A stretch of 64,000 nucleotides of DNA from Planctomycetota bacterium (GTDB lineage: Bacteria; Planctomycetota; GCA-002687715; DRQF01): contig JAZGFI010000103.1 of assembly GCA_036479435.1 (NCBI GenBank), forward strand, positions 160,673-224,672, given 5' to 3'. Both the position numbers and the translations under genes were made by a program. Positions 61,866 through 64,000 of this stretch are shown here, in pieces; the first letter of the stretch is position 1; the number at the start of each line of letters is the position of its first letter. The notes beneath the pieces are model-generated. The model saw nothing but the letters and a program-made list of their open reading frames with translations, ran no database searches and was not told the origin of the DNA.

Positions 61866-62231
61866 ATATACTTTCTTACAGAATCCATATGGAAAGTCTA
61901 GGCCAAACTGAATGCGAATTTGCTTTTTGTCTACGCCGAAACGAAAGTCGTTGAAAACGGACTCGAAATGAGGGTTACGGGAGGTTTGCCTCTGTCACTT
62001 TTTTTTGGTGCGGAATCGCTGCCACTCCTCCCTCAGAATCGAGTCACCTTTATTCTCGAAAGCTCCAAGGCATGCTTTCGATCACTTTGCAACATGGGAG
62101 GCCCCCCGCCTTCATGGTTCCATTGAAACCGGCATCCTCGCCAGAAACTCCGGGTTATGAGCGGTTGACCAACTTCGCCGGTTCGCGTAGACCGCAGCTA
62201 GTCAGCTAGCCCTTTACTCAGGAATGAAGCC

Positions 62232-62642
62232 ATGCAACGCTCTCTTATACTGCCCGTCGGCGCTCTGTTGTTGGCGGTCGCTTGTTCTGGATCGACCGAA
62301 GATCAGCTCAAAGGCACCTGGACGATCGACAAGGCCGCCATGATGGACATGGACGAGTTCAAGAATGCACCCGGCATGCCAAAGAAGATGATGGACGCCG
62401 CGATCGACAGCATGACTATAGAGATCACCTTCGACAACGGTCATCTGAAGTGCGAGATGAAGGTGATGGGGAGAACAGAGACTATAGAGGGCAACTACGA
62501 AGTCGAGAGCACTGACGGCAACAAACTCGTCTTGAAAACCGTCAATGACAAAGGCAAAGAAGATACTGTCACCTGTTGGATCGATGGCGACACCTTGACC
62601 TACGAAGCCGGCGACGACACCTTCAAACTGAAGCGCAAGTAG
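62232..62642 (+). CDS. Lipoprotein, lipocalin-like beta barrel
   Basis: Lipobox AVAC, LKGTW, GNYEV...KLVL. Confidence 0.65.
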   Translation: MQRSLILPVGALLLAVACSGSTEDQLKGTWTIDKAAMMDMDEFKNAPGMPKKMMDAAIDSMTIEITFDNGHLKCEMKVMGRTETIEGNYEVESTDGNKLVLKTVNDKGKEDTVTCWIDGDTLTYEAGDDTFKLKRK

Positions 62643-62678
62643 ATAAGAAGCGATCGCCTCATGCGTATGGGAGACACT

Positions 62679-63314
62679 TCACTGCGGCTTCCTACTCCTA
62701 TCTAGGAAGGTCGCAGAAACGGCGCCGAGGAAGGCTAAGGCCAAGTCCTTTTGAGCATCCCAAGAATCTCCCTGTTGGCCGTTGTAGCGGTCGGCATGTG
62801 CGGGATCGACGATCACCGTAAGCAGCCATTCAAAAACCTCGTACAGAGCAGAGATCCCCAAGATGGCGAGCAAGGAGAATGCGCGCGCCCAGCCGCGCCG
62901 CATCGAACCATATCGCTGACAAACCTCTGCCAACGGACACATGAACAAGACACCAAACGCCAAGTGTACGAGTCGGTCGAAGTGATTTCGGTCCGATTCA
63001 ACTTCGCCCAAGGCCAACCAAGTGAGGGACTCGCCGCCGGGAACTTCGGAGTAGACAAAGCGCGCGCCGTAGACATGCAAACCCAAGAACGCGATGACGC
63101 AAGCTATCGCCGCGGTCGAAAACCAGCCTTTCCAACTGGCCCAAAAAAGAAAGGGCAAGATCAAGGTCATCGGAGCGTGGTGCAAGAGCTGATCACGCGG
63201 ATAGACCGGGTCGATCAAAGAGAAGGCCAAAGCCAAAGCCAAGACCGTCACCATCACTTGCTGCAGCGTGCGCGACGAAGAACGGACCTTTGAGACCGCT
63301 GGCGCGTCTCTCAT
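62679..63314 (-). CDS. DUF2238 (YjdF-like) membrane protein
   Basis: LHVYGARFVYSEVP, RNHFDRLVH, YEVFEW, GQQGDSWDAQKD. Confidence 0.88.
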   Translation of the reverse strand: MRDAPAVSKVRSSSRTLQQVMVTVLALALAFSLIDPVYPRDQLLHHAPMTLILPFLFWASWKGWFSTAAIACVIAFLGLHVYGARFVYSEVPGGESLTWLALGEVESDRNHFDRLVHLAFGVLFMCPLAEVCQRYGSMRRGWARAFSLLAILGISALYEVFEWLLTVIVDPAHADRYNGQQGDSWDAQKDLALAFLGAVSATFLDRSRKPQ

Positions 63315-63875
63315 CGACGGTACTCCAAGTCAGGATTCTCACGGCGGCCTTCGACTTCAGGCGAGCGAACAAACGGAATCTCGACGATAAACGACGCCCC
63401 TTTACCCAGAGTGCTCTCGACGCTGATCTGTCCCTGGTGCATCTCGGCGATCCAACGCGCGATCGCCAGGCCCAGACCGCTTCCGCCCTCGGCCCGAGAT
63501 CGAGCCTTGTCTACCCGATAAAAGCGCTCGAAGATCCGCTCGTGGTCTTCCGGAGCAATGCCTGGGCCGGTGTCGGAGACGCGCAGAACTGCCTGCGCAC
63601 CGACAGATTCAAGAGTTACCTCGACCGTCCCGCCGTCGAGATTGTGGCGGATCGCATTCACACAGAGATTCGTGATCAGTTCTCGGAGTCGGGCGTCGTC
63701 TCCTTCGACCAGCGCTGGCTGCGTGCGAACCCGCATCCCGACGCCAGCTTCGGCGGCAAGGGTCGCGCAAGAACCCACCACGTCTTCAACGAGCGGTGCG
63801 AGGGGCAAGCTTAGAGCGGTCGAACTCAACGTTCTTCGCATCGGCCCAAGCGAGGGCCAAAAGCCCTTCCACCAC
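63311..63875 (-). pseudogene. Sensor histidine kinase remnant (HisKA tail + HATPase), frameshifted and IS-truncated
   Basis: VVEGLLALAWADA in one frame, shift near 63805 into LAPLVED...NAIRHN...DTGPGI...FYRVD...GLGLAI. Confidence 0.8.
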
Positions 63876-64000
63876 GGGTGTGGCTCCTTTGCGACGACGA
63901 TGTTGTCGGTCATCCCGCGAGTCTCAATTTCGCGCCTGCGTAGTGCCGTAGATGATTCTCATGAAGCCGTTGCAGTTGGTGGAAACGCCAGTATTTGTCG
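63876..64000 (-). mobile_element. ISKra4-like element right end with transposase C-terminus (continues past window)
   Basis: DKYWRFHQLQRLHENHLRHY...* ending at 63910; terminal AAAGGAGCCACACCC. Confidence 0.65.

Larger units (their letters stand above)
60074..62021 (-). mobile_element. Two-gene IS (DUF6788-like protein + DDE transposase), 13-bp IRs
   Basis: cagcgattccgca at 60074 and tgcggaatcgctg ending at 62021. Confidence 0.8.

Overview
64-kb window of a moderately GC-rich bacterium. The gene content (FG-GAP, PEGA, YdjY, HEAT and FHA-VWA proteins, mcsA-mcsB-clpC, FliA/WhiG sigma) suggests Planctomycetota; this is inference. Positions 1-49 kb are mostly core genes: purB, a pseudouridine synthase, manA, recN, rsmD, pdxJ, nnrD, two tRNA-Ser, murD, mcsAB-clpC, queA, ligA and a family-4 UDG. 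This part also holds a c-di-GMP-centred locus: a c-di-GMP-I riboswitch directly upstream of a sigma-28 gene, a REC/degenerate-GGDEF protein with an intact I-site, an RxxxR-motif membrane protein, and a Skp-like/secretin/GspK mini-operon. It further contains a 6S-like rod-shaped ncRNA candidate and a 181-bp palindromic MITE. Positions 49-64 kb are accessory: a TA pair, arsR-arsM, FG-GAP and DUF2891-like genes, then a cluster of mobile DNA (IS66 remnant, decayed rve-type IS, two-gene IS, ISKra4-like end, broken histidine kinase). The most striking item is a ~2.06-kb transposase-free unit in which a vanadium haloperoxidase gene, with its own promoter and terminator, is enclosed by ~50-bp inverted repeats and abuts the rve-type IS. 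All family calls come from motifs read by eye; no searches were run.
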